A stretch of DNA of 36,850 bases from a virus (IMGVR_UViG_3300027627_000014:1-36850), one strand, 5' to 3'. Shown: positions 24,557 to 34,170, numbered from the stretch's first letter. Notes: generated by a model not told the origin, from the sequence alone. Numbers and translations are program-made.

Positions 24557-26028
24557 CACGGCTCCGTCAATCGAAATGTCAGAACAGTGGGTGGCCTACA
24601 CAACGGGCAATCCGGTGCCAGCAGCTTCAGACCATTATGCGGTGGCATCGGAATGAGAAACTCAGCGAAAAACGGTCGGCAACTCACTGGCCCGTTCGGT
24701 GCCACTGAGACACAGTAATTGCCTATGCAGTCGCCAGCCATCTTAAAAACCAATCGCAAATACGACGGATAATCTCCGTGCAAAACAGAGTCACACGCAG
24801 TCGGCAACGTACAGAATAGATCAAGGTGGATCGGGTCAAACGGGGCGTCAGGGTGCGAAATTGACGTGCCAAGCAAAACGTTCGTGCCGACTGGTCGGAC
24901 TCCGCAAAAAATATCCTGAATGCCTGCAATCGTAAGAGTGATGTTGGGTGGAAAATTACAGCCAGGATCAGCCAAGTTGATCGCAGGCAGCCCGTCGCAA
25001 TTAAATGTCGTTGCTCGCGCGAGTCGAGCACAACAGAAGGCAGGCTCGGTTGATCCTGCACAGTGTTCGTCACACCAAAGCGGCTTCACGTCAACGGAAA
25101 AAATGTTGTTGTCCACCCCGACATCAAACAGCGTGGTTCCGTAAATCAGATTGCCGAGTGTTGCTGTCCCGCAACCGCCGTCGTCTGCCGGATTTGTTTT
25201 TGTGCAGTCGGAGCAAGTAACGTCGCGACACTGCCCGATCCTGCTCATCGGTAGACTGGCACCCTGCCGGCAGCATTTGTAGCAGCCGTTCGTCGATGCA
25301 CCTGCACTCTCGATTGGCAGGTCAATATCAATCGAGACGTCGGGACCGACTAGCGTGAATTTGAATTGACAGGTTTCAGCGAGGCTAAATGTTGCGATGT
25401 AAGTTTTGTTGCCACACTTCAGATTTGCGGTGCCGCCTCCCGTGCATACGTCGAGCGTCACCTTTTGCGAATCAAAACATGGAATGCAAGTTTCGCTTGG
25501 AACTGGCGGCGAATTTGGACCGATAGTTCGGCTGATTGACACGCAAAACTTTTTTGGGAGACAACGGGCACAAATACACGGACTGCACGCCAGTTTGTTT
25601 TTTGGGTTTGGAAATCCAAGCTCTGCCTTAAACTCAAATTCGTAGCTGAAGCCCGAAGTTGAAACGAAACTCATCAACAATGGGAAGCCCGTGAAAGCAT
25701 AGTATGCGGTTCGTATGCCGGCTGGAGTCGTAACATCAACACGAACCTGACAACCGCCAGCAGAATTGTTGTCTTCGAGTGTGATCGTGGCCGAAACATC
25801 GACCGTACCGCATGTGCCGCTTCCGTTCCAACTCGGTTGCACCGAGCACGTCATTGGCATCAAAAACTCCAGCGGGTCCGGGCAACAGATTTCCGTTTCG
25901 ACTGGTGCCGTGATTATCACCTTTGCACAGACTTGACGCGGCAGGCATCTCACACACACGTCATCGCATTGAGAAACTTCGACCTCACACGGCTGGCATG
26001 TCTGACAGCAACTTCCCTTGGCTGGCAT
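24556..26028 (-). CDS. Very Cys-rich distal tail protein (490 aa, about 44 Cys)
   Basis: Start MPAKGSCCQTCQPC via TGATG coupling; recurring C..C.RCLP..C motif. Confidence 0.75.
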   Translation of the reverse strand: MPAKGSCCQTCQPCEVEVSQCDDVCVRCLPRQVCAKVIITAPVETEICCPDPLEFLMPMTCSVQPSWNGSGTCGTVDVSATITLEDNNSAGGCQVRVDVTTPAGIRTAYYAFTGFPLLMSFVSTSGFSYEFEFKAELGFPNPKNKLACSPCICARCLPKKFCVSISRTIGPNSPPVPSETCIPCFDSQKVTLDVCTGGGTANLKCGNKTYIATFSLAETCQFKFTLVGPDVSIDIDLPIESAGASTNGCYKCCRQGASLPMSRIGQCRDVTCSDCTKTNPADDGGCGTATLGNLIYGTTLFDVGVDNNIFSVDVKPLWCDEHCAGSTEPAFCCARLARATTFNCDGLPAINLADPGCNFPPNITLTIAGIQDIFCGVRPVGTNVLLGTSISHPDAPFDPIHLDLFCTLPTACDSVLHGDYPSYLRLVFKMAGDCIGNYCVSVAPNGPVSCRPFFAEFLIPMPPHNGLKLLAPDCPLCRPPTVLTFRLTEP

Positions 26029-26486
26029 CAGCACACCTCCGTCGGGCAGCACAGCGAGATGATGTGCCAGAGGCAACTGAAGTCGGGATCGCGTTGCGGC
26101 GAGGCAGCAGCGGCAGCAGCAATCTCAGCCGATCGCTGTTCAGCGGTCATGTCCATCTTCACGGCGTAACCACTTCGTCCGACTAGCAACACTTCGCTGC
26201 CCGTCAGGAAACAGGCCACAAAATCAATCAGTTTGATTGTGTCGTCAGCTTTGACGCCCGTGCCGTTTTTGCATTGCACGGCAGTGACGGTCGCTGTCGC
26301 GGTTCGCAGTGTGCAATTCGCGGTCACGATCTTGAAGGCAACGATGCTCGCTCCGCCAGCGGCACCCGGCGGATAAACACGGCGTGTACGCCGTCCGGTT
26401 TCAACACGCTGACCGAGCACGCGACGATTGACTTCAGCAGTCCGGCGTGCCCCTTCCTTCGACAATCCATAAACTTCGTCAGGCAT
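26028..26486 (-). CDS. Tail-associated protein with Cys-rich C-terminus
   Basis: Position in the tail operon; ends SLCCPTEVC. Confidence 0.65.
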   Translation of the reverse strand: MPDEVYGLSKEGARRTAEVNRRVLGQRVETGRRTRRVYPPGAAGGASIVAFKIVTANCTLRTATATVTAVQCKNGTGVKADDTIKLIDFVACFLTGSEVLLVGRSGYAVKMDMTAEQRSAEIAAAAAASPQRDPDFSCLWHIISLCCPTEVC

Positions 26487-26488
26487 CG

Positions 26489-27112
26489 CTATCCCTGCAC
26501 ATCACATACGAGATCAATCGCTGCGAGCGTTGGAATCACAGCCGTGGCAGTTGCGGCATCAGTCGTCGCTATAGTCAACCGAATGTCGAGCACGTCGCCA
26601 GCGACAAGAGACGCAGCCGTGATGACAAATGTTTTCTTCGCAAACGTCAGCGAATTGATTGTCTGTGCCGATGTCGCACAGATGTCCGCCGAAATTCCGC
26701 TGAGCTTGTCGAGTCGATAACACTCAACATCGACCGTGCAAGTGGTGTCAGCGATTGTCGTTTTCATGCCGGCAGTGATGTCGATCGTGACCGTCTCAGC
26801 AGACTGATAGCATTCGGGAATGATGACCAGCACTCGCGCATAACGAGTCGTCGCGCCCAACGCCTTCACGTCACCAGCTTGCACGAGCGGCGGAGCGGTG
26901 CCAAACGTGCCGCCCACGAGGCCCAGGTCGTCAGTGTTTGCCGTGGCCGTCAACACCGTCGCGAACGCATCCCAAATCCGCAGATTTTCAAACGGAATCG
27001 GGAAGATTTTGTTCGCGTCCTGCAAGATCGACGAACGCGGCTGAGCACTAATCCCGCCGCTGGGAACAATGATTGAGCCGCTGATTGTGAGGGTGTCAAC
27101 TGTGATTGGCAT
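26489..27112 (-). CDS. Beta-sandwich virion protein
   Basis: Thr/Ala/Ile-rich beta pattern within the tail operon. Confidence 0.65.
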   Translation of the reverse strand: MPITVDTLTISGSIIVPSGGISAQPRSSILQDANKIFPIPFENLRIWDAFATVLTATANTDDLGLVGGTFGTAPPLVQAGDVKALGATTRYARVLVIIPECYQSAETVTIDITAGMKTTIADTTCTVDVECYRLDKLSGISADICATSAQTINSLTFAKKTFVITAASLVAGDVLDIRLTIATTDAATATAVIPTLAAIDLVCDVQG

Positions 27113-27127
27113 GATTGGCTTTCGTGG

Positions 27128-28012
27128 TTATAGGTTGAAAATTGAAAATTCCATCTGAGGATAAGCGTCCACCTCAATAAATCTGCAAGCACCTGGCCGA
27201 CTGGCCTTCGGTACTATGGCACCGTTCGCAAGCAACGGTTCCGGTTCTTGAACCAGTCCATCAGGGTCAACGTCAGTGCCAGGATCAACGTCCTTGTTGC
27301 GTATTTTATTCACGATGCCGCCAACTTTTTGATAAAAGCCAGCGTCCATCGGTTTCGGTTGCCAGCCAAGCGGGTCGTATGCAAAGGTGTACGTTTCCTC
27401 CCAAAACCTGTACGCACCCTCAAAACGCTCGGTCGCTTCGATGTCCACTTGCACGGTCTTCGGTTCGCCACCGAGAAACGTCGTTGAGTTCAACTTGCCG
27501 CTGTTGGCGAGTGCTGCGTTTTGGTTGTAGCCGGTTGCGTAGGTGTATTTTTTTGCGACCGCCGTGCCGAGCCGAACATCGACAGGAATGCCGCCATCAA
27601 ACGGCGAGCCAGCCGAGTTAAGGATCATTTTTTCGTTTCGATCCTTGACGATGTACCGTGTCTGAATCGACGGCTTGAGTGACCACCGCGTGCGAGTCAA
27701 CGTCGGGTCTGTGTTGAACGTGTTCGGGAAAACAGCCTTGGTGCTCCAGTGATATTTGACGTGGTAGCACAAGTTCGGCGGGCGTGTGCGTTCTGGCCCC
27801 GGCCCGATCGTGATCGACTCGCACGTCGCCGCCAAATCGTTCTGGTACGGCGAACCGATTGAAATGCCGATGGCTATTTTGATCTGCAACTCGGTCGGTC
27901 TAAACGGCGAATCGGTGATCAGTTGAAACGTGCGATCGTACTCCGTCACGATCCGGGCATCGCTTTCGATGACGGTCGATGAATCTTCGGAAATCAAACC
28001 CAGCTTAATCAT
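27128..28012 (-). CDS. Tail protein (distal tail/hub candidate)
   Basis: Second gene after the tape measure; ILNSAGSPFD and GWQPKPMDAGFY motifs. Confidence 0.65.
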   Translation of the reverse strand: MIKLGLISEDSSTVIESDARIVTEYDRTFQLITDSPFRPTELQIKIAIGISIGSPYQNDLAATCESITIGPGPERTRPPNLCYHVKYHWSTKAVFPNTFNTDPTLTRTRWSLKPSIQTRYIVKDRNEKMILNSAGSPFDGGIPVDVRLGTAVAKKYTYATGYNQNAALANSGKLNSTTFLGGEPKTVQVDIEATERFEGAYRFWEETYTFAYDPLGWQPKPMDAGFYQKVGGIVNKIRNKDVDPGTDVDPDGLVQEPEPLLANGAIVPKASRPGACRFIEVDAYPQMEFSIFNL

Positions 28013-28281
28013 ATTTCAATCCAACTAATCACGCCGCACTCGTGTTCGTTCAGTTCCGCGTTGCCAGCCGCGACGTAGCCCGCAGCAATCCGCTCCGGCA
28101 ATTCAGCCACAACGCCGCTCGGAAACAGGTAGCCCTCTTGCACCGGAGGCATCTCAAATGACTCGTTCGCCGGGTTGATCTGCGGCGGACCACTCACAGA
28201 GAAATGTTGCACCGCTCCCCATGCTTCTGGCGGTATCTCCGCCAGTTCAACCGTCACGTCTTCAAGAAATTTGATTCTCAT
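28009..28281 (-). CDS. Hypothetical small acidic protein
   Basis: ATGA-coupled on both sides. Confidence 0.6.
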   Translation of the reverse strand: MRIKFLEDVTVELAEIPPEAWGAVQHFSVSGPPQINPANESFEMPPVQEGYLFPSGVVAELPERIAAGYVAAGNAELNEHECGVISWIEI

Positions 28282-30461
28282 ACAATCGCCATCGTCATTT
28301 TTTGCGGAATCGTTTTTGCCACGGCTGAGGTTGTTTTCTTTTGCTCGGCAAGCTGTTGCTTCAGGATTGCTTCAAGTGATTTTGTTTCTGAGTTCCGCGA
28401 CACACCGGCCGCTCGTTGCGGAAGTTGCACTGGCCGCAACTCCGGCGACTGCGGTGCGTAATCACGCGGCATTTGCAGATTGTCTTGCTTCCATTCGCCC
28501 TTAGAGTCCATTCGCCCAAAGACATCAATCGGCTCCAAGAGGGCATCCTGCGAGGCTTGATCCGCAGCTTTAATATCCGCAAGAAACTTGTTGGACCGCT
28601 CAACCGCTGCATCAAACCCCGGATCGCCCTTGCGCAATGGCCCTTTTGATTCTGGGCGTGGCTGCAACTCAACCGGCTTCCACTGAGCTGGATCGTCAAC
28701 GAGTTTTTTCCATTCGTCTCCCGGCTTTGGCTTCTCCGGCGGCACGATCGCTGCCGGCTTCGGCTGATCAAAAAACAACGGCTTCGCTTCACGTTTCGCC
28801 TTGGCTTCAGCAGCCGCCTTGTTGATCGCAGCGGTGATGCGTTTTTCTTCGGCAAGCGACAGTGCATCGAACGTGTCGAGTTTCAGTTTGCCAGCACCGA
28901 AGCCACGAGTAGCAATCGACGCCGCTTCTGACGTGCCAATCAATGCCGCTTTGACATCACCTGCACTATCTTTGACGGTCTTTTCTTTCTCCGTCTTGGC
29001 TTTCTTCTCTTTGTCGTCTTTCGAGAAGTCATCAAGTGGCTGCGTACCGGCACCGGGAATCACTTTGTTTGGCGAGAACTTTTCTTGCAGCACTTTTTTC
29101 TGTTCGTTCATCGACGCACCAAGAGACGCCGTCAACGCATCACGCTCTGCCTTCATTCCCTTGAGCATTCCGCCGCCTTCGGAAAAACCTTGCATCGAAG
29201 CTTGATACGTTTTGGCGAACGTCTCGGCGAAACCGGAAGCCCATCCTTGAGCCTTGTCCGGCGAGACCATCGACTCCATCGTCTCGGAAAACGCAGCAGA
29301 CATTGCGGCGAACGGGTTCTCCATTGAGATCAGTGCTTCGAGTCCAGCCCAGATCGAGTCGAACACCGCCACGCTAATGTTCCGAAACTCAGTGAAGCCA
29401 TCAATAACGTTCTCAATAAACAACCCGGCTGCAACCGTACTTGCCTTGAATGTCGCGTTGATGAACGCACCAAGCGTTTGAAAGATTCCTTGTCCTTGTG
29501 GCAGAAATTCAATTAGCGCAATCGACCAGTTGAGCGAAGTGAGTTGAAACAGCCCGGTGATATGCGAAAGCTGCACGGCCGCTTCGATACCAAAATCCTT
29601 GAACGCATCGCCGCCGCCAACCACAACGCCAAGGAAGTCGGATAACGTCGTCGCACCAACGCTCAACGCGGGAAGCATCAGCGCCCCGATGTTCTCCGCC
29701 ACGTCGCCAATCGTGTTCTGAAGTTGCTTGAGCGGTTCGGCCGACGCTTCCGCAGCCCCGCCGAACTTTTCGCTCATCGCTTTCAAAATGATGCCTTGAG
29801 CACCGAGCACGTTGCCCGACTCCTGCATCGTCTCAATCTGTTTCTTCTGCTGGTCAGTGAAGCTCACTCCAGCTTTTGAAAGTTTCGCCAAGCCATTGGT
29901 CGGATCGTTCAACGCCTTGCCGAGCAGTCGCACGTTGCCCTGCAAGTCGCCGCCGAGGATCGTCGTCATGTCGGCGGCAGACTTGATCGCGTCCTTGAAC
30001 ACGTCGCCGCGAATGTTCGTGAAGCTGGCCAGCAATGCCGCAGCTCCGACTGTCGCGTCGTCTTCAAAGTTCGTGACCTTTTGAAGATCAGCCGCAAAGT
30101 CTGAAATCTGTGCGCCAGTCAGGCCGGCCGCTCCACCTGTTGCTGCGAGCACAGAATTCAGCTTGCGTGATTGCGTCAGCGATTCTTGGAACGCCGCAAC
30201 CGAAGTCTTCACGCCAAACGCACCGGCCAGTGCTATGCCGATCGGAGCGAAACCTCTAACGACTGAGTTGACGAAAGAACCTTGGGCAACTTTCGCTTGA
30301 CCGAGATCATCCTTCCATTTCTTGATGACGATGCCATCAAGCGACCCGTATGCCTTTTTCGCGGCACCAGCAAACGAAGTTACGTCGCCGCGTGCTTTTG
30401 CGAAACCACTCGCCCATTGCGAACTATCGACTCCAAGTTTCGCAACGATGTCTCCGGCCAT
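28278..30461 (-). CDS. Tail tape measure protein
   Basis: MAGDIVAKLGVDSSQW N-terminus; LGKALNDP..GL.KL.KAGVSFT core; Ala/Gly-rich helical sequence; follows the chaperone pair. Confidence 0.9.
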   Translation of the reverse strand: MAGDIVAKLGVDSSQWASGFAKARGDVTSFAGAAKKAYGSLDGIVIKKWKDDLGQAKVAQGSFVNSVVRGFAPIGIALAGAFGVKTSVAAFQESLTQSRKLNSVLAATGGAAGLTGAQISDFAADLQKVTNFEDDATVGAAALLASFTNIRGDVFKDAIKSAADMTTILGGDLQGNVRLLGKALNDPTNGLAKLSKAGVSFTDQQKKQIETMQESGNVLGAQGIILKAMSEKFGGAAEASAEPLKQLQNTIGDVAENIGALMLPALSVGATTLSDFLGVVVGGGDAFKDFGIEAAVQLSHITGLFQLTSLNWSIALIEFLPQGQGIFQTLGAFINATFKASTVAAGLFIENVIDGFTEFRNISVAVFDSIWAGLEALISMENPFAAMSAAFSETMESMVSPDKAQGWASGFAETFAKTYQASMQGFSEGGGMLKGMKAERDALTASLGASMNEQKKVLQEKFSPNKVIPGAGTQPLDDFSKDDKEKKAKTEKEKTVKDSAGDVKAALIGTSEAASIATRGFGAGKLKLDTFDALSLAEEKRITAAINKAAAEAKAKREAKPLFFDQPKPAAIVPPEKPKPGDEWKKLVDDPAQWKPVELQPRPESKGPLRKGDPGFDAAVERSNKFLADIKAADQASQDALLEPIDVFGRMDSKGEWKQDNLQMPRDYAPQSPELRPVQLPQRAAGVSRNSETKSLEAILKQQLAEQKKTTSAVAKTIPQKMTMAIV

Positions 30462-30465
30462 CAAA

Positions 30466-30801
30466 TCAATCTCCGGTTTTCATCAGTGCTAAAACTTCGC
30501 TCACGTTTTCCGTTTGCGGTTGAGTCGTCTGCAAATAATTCCGCAACCCGTCCACCAACTCAGCAAACTTGTCAGCGTTCATTTGCAGTTCTGTTGAATT
30601 ACTGGCGATCAGGTTGGCCGTGTTGACTGCCGCTCGGATGTCAGCCCGGTCTTCTCCAATCGGGTCAACATGATCGGCTGCAATTTGTAGTTCCCACTCG
30701 AAAGGCGTGTGCTCGCTTTTGATGTTCCACCAATCGAGGCGTCCGACAGCCAGCCCCAGCTTGCGAGCGAAGCGGGCTTCGCTGTCGGCTGTTAGTTTTT
30801 T
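30466..30801 (-). CDS. Tail assembly chaperone, -1 frameshift extension (gpT-like part; absent from the ORF track)
   Basis: Open -1 frame from the slippery site: LTADSEARFARKLGLAVG...DPIGEDRADIRAA...LMKTGD*, ending 5 nt before the tape measure ATG. Confidence 0.8.
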   Translation of the reverse strand, partial: KKLTADSEARFARKLGLAVGRLDWWNIKSEHTPFEWELQIAADHVDPIGEDRADIRAAVNTANLIASNSTELQMNADKFAELVDGLRNYLQTTQPQTENVSEVLALMKTGD

Positions 30802-31133
30802 ATGAGCTTCTCGACACCAGGCGTCGTCGTGACCTTGGCAATCGCTTCACGCAATTGCAGCGTCGTGTCGCTTGGCCAAGTCGCAATGAGCGTTTGGATG
30901 CGAGCAATCCAATCAGCGAGCGTTTCCGTAGTCTCTGCCTGTGGCAACCCGGCACCGCCGGCATCATCCATCAGCCCGAACCCAATCGCACACGCCGTCA
31001 CCTGATCGCTGTCGATGAGACCTGCAAGCTGGCCTCGCTCCGCATTTGTGAGCGATCGCACGAAAACGGTTTCGCCGTCCAGTTCGACCGGATACTTCCG
31101 CCGCTTGGCACAGCGAGAATCAATGCTCGACAT
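30792..31133 (-). CDS. Tail assembly chaperone (gpG-like)
   Basis: GETVFVRSLTNAER motif; ends KN* on the slippery site; TGATG coupling. Confidence 0.8.
   Translation of the reverse strand: MSSIDSRCAKRRKYPVELDGETVFVRSLTNAERGQLAGLIDSDQVTACAIGFGLMDDAGGAGLPQAETTETLADWIARIQTLIATWPSDTTLQLREAIAKVTTTPGVEKLIKN
30795..30801 (-). other. Programmed -1 frameshift slippery heptamer A AAA AAC
   Basis: X XXY YYZ in the correct phase immediately before the TAA of the chaperone. Confidence 0.85.
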
Positions 31134-31546
31134 CAAACCTCCGTTTCCTCTTTGGCCTTCAACGCCGCCTGATACTTGTCCCAATTCGGGCCGTGAATCA
31201 ACTCGTGATGCTTGTCGAACCCGGTGATGACACCGGCTCGATACAACGCCCGCTCGTCTTTGTCGTCAAGACCCTTCGACGTCATCTCGTACTCAACTTG
31301 GACGTGTGCCAGTTGGTCAGCACTCAGACCGCACGCCTTCGCGCATTCATCATCGAGCGGAGCGGCCATGCCGAAGCGAACAACCAAGACGGCAAAATCA
31401 CCCTCAACGACTTGACCCTTGGCATAGCACCACGCGATCCGCTCTTCGCCGTTGATGTTCTCTGTGCGAGGCGTCACCCAAGCACGTTGCTGCTCGGTCA
31501 ACTGCTGTTCGTTCGCGCTTTGGTCAGACAGAAAGACAGATTTCAT
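31133..31546 (-). CDS. Hypothetical protein between tail tube and chaperone
   Basis: GGGGGAA RBS; coupled to the chaperone gene. Confidence 0.65.
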   Translation of the reverse strand: MKSVFLSDQSANEQQLTEQQRAWVTPRTENINGEERIAWCYAKGQVVEGDFAVLVVRFGMAAPLDDECAKACGLSADQLAHVQVEYEMTSKGLDDKDERALYRAGVITGFDKHHELIHGPNWDKYQAALKAKEETEV

Positions 31547-31561
31547 CGTTCCCCCAACTCG

Positions 31562-31987
31562 TTAAGAGACTTGACCGGACGTGAGCACTTTCACGGTTGC
31601 CATCACGCCGCTTGATCGCTCGATCTCTTCCGACCAGAGCACGGCAGGACACGCCCAGACTTCACTTGTGGGCGTCGCGTTGGTGTAAGTGCATTTGAAA
31701 TTCGTGGCGAACGGTGTCGTTTCCACCGGAGTTCGTGCGAGCTGCTTCAATGCCGCATGCACAGCGTTCGCCGCATCGTAAAACAGCTTCGCCGTGTAGT
31801 CCGGAGTCGATGAATAGCCGGTCGCTTCGCGCAGCATGCCGGGATATGTTTGGTCGAGAGTGCTGGAATCGTACACCTCTCCACCCTCTTCACTTTTTGA
31901 GATAGATTGGATTTCGGGAATCGCGGTATACACCGACGAGATGCTGACAGAGAACGCGGTGCCTTTAGACTTCATTTTCACGGCCAT
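31562..31987 (-). CDS. Major tail tube protein
   Basis: Position; KGT.F, I.EIQSI, YDSSTLD and YDAANAVH..L patterns typical of siphovirus tube proteins. Confidence 0.75.
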   Translation of the reverse strand: MAVKMKSKGTAFSVSISSVYTAIPEIQSISKSEEGGEVYDSSTLDQTYPGMLREATGYSSTPDYTAKLFYDAANAVHAALKQLARTPVETTPFATNFKCTYTNATPTSEVWACPAVLWSEEIERSSGVMATVKVLTSGQVS

Positions 31988-31999
31988 GACAGTGGTCTC

Positions 32000-32503
32000 C
32001 TATTTAAGTTTCGAGAGTTCTTTCGCAAGATTGCGGCCGAAGTTCTTTCGCATCGCGGCATACACCGCACCTTGAGCGGATGCTGCCGCCGTCTTCACGA
32101 ATGAGTTCGCTGGCATCGTGCCCGTACTCAGTTGTTGCGAAGTTGGATTAAGGAGGTAGCCGAACCGTCCGCCAATCGTTTTGCGAACGCGAGCGACTGT
32201 GCCGAGCGAGACGAGATGTGAATGTGGAGCACTGCGGCCACTTCTCTTCGGCGAGTTCTTTCCAACGTTGAGTCCCGCTTTGCCTTCAAATATGCCTTTT
32301 GATTTTTCATCGACTCGCGATCCGACAGACTTCTTGAGATTGCCAGTCGGACCAACCGGAGCGGCTTTGCGAATTGCCGCTGACAACTTTGACACACCGG
32401 CCTTCATTGCATACTTCATCAAACGTTGGCCAACTTTGTCCGAGAGCTTTGCAAGCATCGCGTCCAATTTCTTATCGCCAGTGATCGTCACAGTCTGAGC
32501 CAT
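32000..32503 (-). CDS. HK97 gp10-like tail completion/neck protein
   Basis: ITGDKKLDAMLAKL, AAPVGPTGNLKKS, PHSHLVSLGT and MPANSFV motifs. Confidence 0.8.
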   Translation of the reverse strand: MAQTVTITGDKKLDAMLAKLSDKVGQRLMKYAMKAGVSKLSAAIRKAAPVGPTGNLKKSVGSRVDEKSKGIFEGKAGLNVGKNSPKRSGRSAPHSHLVSLGTVARVRKTIGGRFGYLLNPTSQQLSTGTMPANSFVKTAAASAQGAVYAAMRKNFGRNLAKELSKLK

Positions 32504-32958
32504 TACGCCGCCTCAACTTCAACTCGCAGAACAATCTGCGACACGAATAAGCCAGCGGTTTTCAATGTTTCTTTGCTCGGATTCTCAAGAGGCTCGTAGT
32601 CACATTCCCAAACTCGCACCCGTTGGTTGCTCGAATCGAAGTTGTTTATTCGCTGATAAATCTGCCGCACGAGCAGCTTCAGCGGGTCGATCGTTCTGTT
32701 TTCCCAATCGTTGACCTTGTTTCGAATCCAAATCCGAATCTTGTGGCTCGTGCGATCCTCAATAGCCAGGGTCTCCTCCAGCGTTTCAGATTCTTCCGTG
32801 CAGACATCCACCCGCAGCACGTCGATTTCTTCTAGCGGATCAATCAACTGCTCGGAGTAAATTGCGTCAACCTGCAACGTGTAGGCCGTTCCAGTGTTAA
32901 TGCGTGCGATCAACGCTTGGCAGGCTTCAATGCTGGGGTCGATCGTGACGGCTGCCAT
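32503..32958 (-). CDS. Putative tail terminator/neck protein
   Basis: Position and size; TAATG coupling at both ends. Confidence 0.55.
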   Translation of the reverse strand: MAAVTIDPSIEACQALIARINTGTAYTLQVDAIYSEQLIDPLEEIDVLRVDVCTEESETLEETLAIEDRTSHKIRIWIRNKVNDWENRTIDPLKLLVRQIYQRINNFDSSNQRVRVWECDYEPLENPSKETLKTAGLFVSQIVLRVEVEAA

Positions 32959-33299
32959 TATCCACTCACTCGTTTCGCATGAATGTGAATCATTCCGCCG
33001 ACCGTGTAGAAGCACTTGTCGAGGATCGGCTGCACGTCATAGGTCGTCGTGCCATCGGTCAGCTTGTCGCCTCGCAACGGCTTGGCACACAACGCTTCAA
33101 AATCGCTTCGCAAACCACGGAAAGATGCCATGATGATTTCAATCGCTTGACCCATCCCGTTGTCAACAATCACCGGCGGCATGTCTCCTTTGTAGAGACT
33201 GAGAGTTCCGGTTGTGTTGACTTGCGTGTACGTCCAACTGCTGCCGGTTTGTGCCAGCAGCGACGTTACCAACGCAGTCCCAACACCTGAGAGACTCAT
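32958..33299 (-). CDS. Head-tail joining (gpFII-like) protein
   Basis: PLRGDKLTDGTTTYDV motif; follows the cement gene. Confidence 0.65.
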   Translation of the reverse strand: MSLSGVGTALVTSLLAQTGSSWTYTQVNTTGTLSLYKGDMPPVIVDNGMGQAIEIIMASFRGLRSDFEALCAKPLRGDKLTDGTTTYDVQPILDKCFYTVGGMIHIHAKRVSG

Positions 33300-33320
33300 T
33301 CTTCGTTTCCAAAACCAAGC

Positions 33321-33363
33321 CAGACGGCGGGCAGTGAGAGGCGGACTCACCGCCGCACCGTCA
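33321..33363 (-). terminator. Long GC-rich hairpin after the head genes (terminator or processing site)
   Basis: GACGG..CGGTGAG-loop-CTCACTG..CCGTC followed by GGCTTGGTTTTGG; weak U-tract. Confidence 0.4.
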
Positions 33364-33373
33364 GCCCGGGGGA

Positions 33374-34099
33374 TTACAGAGCGTCAGGCACCAACGCTGC
33401 CTGATCGGCTCCGAGTTTGGTTCGACCGACCACAATCCAAAAACCGGATTTCGTGTATCGGCAGATATAGAACGCTTCTGCCGTCAGCGCGAGTTCATTC
33501 GTCGCACCGACGGTAACTTCGTTCACTTTGTCGGCCGCGACTGCGGAGATCAGTTCGCAGCCGGTAGTCCCGACCAAGATCTTGATTTCGTCACCAACCG
33601 TTCCGGCCGGCAGACTGATCTGGCTGTTGGCGTCAACACCGTTGATGACCGTGACGAATCCTGCATTCGCAGGAATCAGGCCAGTGGTTCCGCCACCAAC
33701 AGTCGGCGTCACAGAACTGGACGCACCAGAATTGTCGCCAGCCGCTCTGCCGAGCAAAACATAACCGCGATCGTCACCGCTCACAGCGGCCAACGCGGCC
33801 ACGCCCATGAGCACTCCGACGCCGAGTTGATTCGCGGCACCAGTTCCGGCCGTCCCGCTGTCCGGGTCGCCGGTCGCGTTCCAGTGAACAGGCAACCCAA
33901 CTGACCAAGCCGCTGTCGTCTTCGGCACATATTTCAGACCAGTCACCGAGAGCGAACCGAGTTTGTCCGCAGCGATGTCCGTGACAGCCACACCGACAAG
34001 TCCTGACTGAACAACTACGTCACCACCAGTCACAGCGACGGATGGCGTGTAGTCGATCGAATCACCTGGAGGACCATTAATCGTTTGCACTTGAGCCAT
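33374..34099 (-). CDS. DUF2190-like capsid cement/decoration protein with a C-terminal extra domain
   Basis: GDSIDYTP..AVTGGDVVV..LVGVA.TDIAA..LG.L.VTG in the first ~115 aa; directly after the capsid gene. Confidence 0.8.
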   Translation of the reverse strand: MAQVQTINGPPGDSIDYTPSVAVTGGDVVVQSGLVGVAVTDIAADKLGSLSVTGLKYVPKTTAAWSVGLPVHWNATGDPDSGTAGTGAANQLGVGVLMGVAALAAVSGDDRGYVLLGRAAGDNSGASSSVTPTVGGGTTGLIPANAGFVTVINGVDANSQISLPAGTVGDEIKILVGTTGCELISAVAADKVNEVTVGATNELALTAEAFYICRYTKSGFWIVVGRTKLGADQAALVPDAL

Positions 34100-34170
34100 G
34101 ATAAAAACCTTTCAAAAGTGTGAGAGGGGATAGAACACCCCTAGCCAATTTCAGCGTCAGCCAACGCTCA

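Noticed and set aside
22089-26028. Diversity-generating retroelement or invertible tail-fibre system
   Set aside because: No reverse transcriptase or invertase, and no template/variable repeat pair with adenine-specific mismatches was seen.
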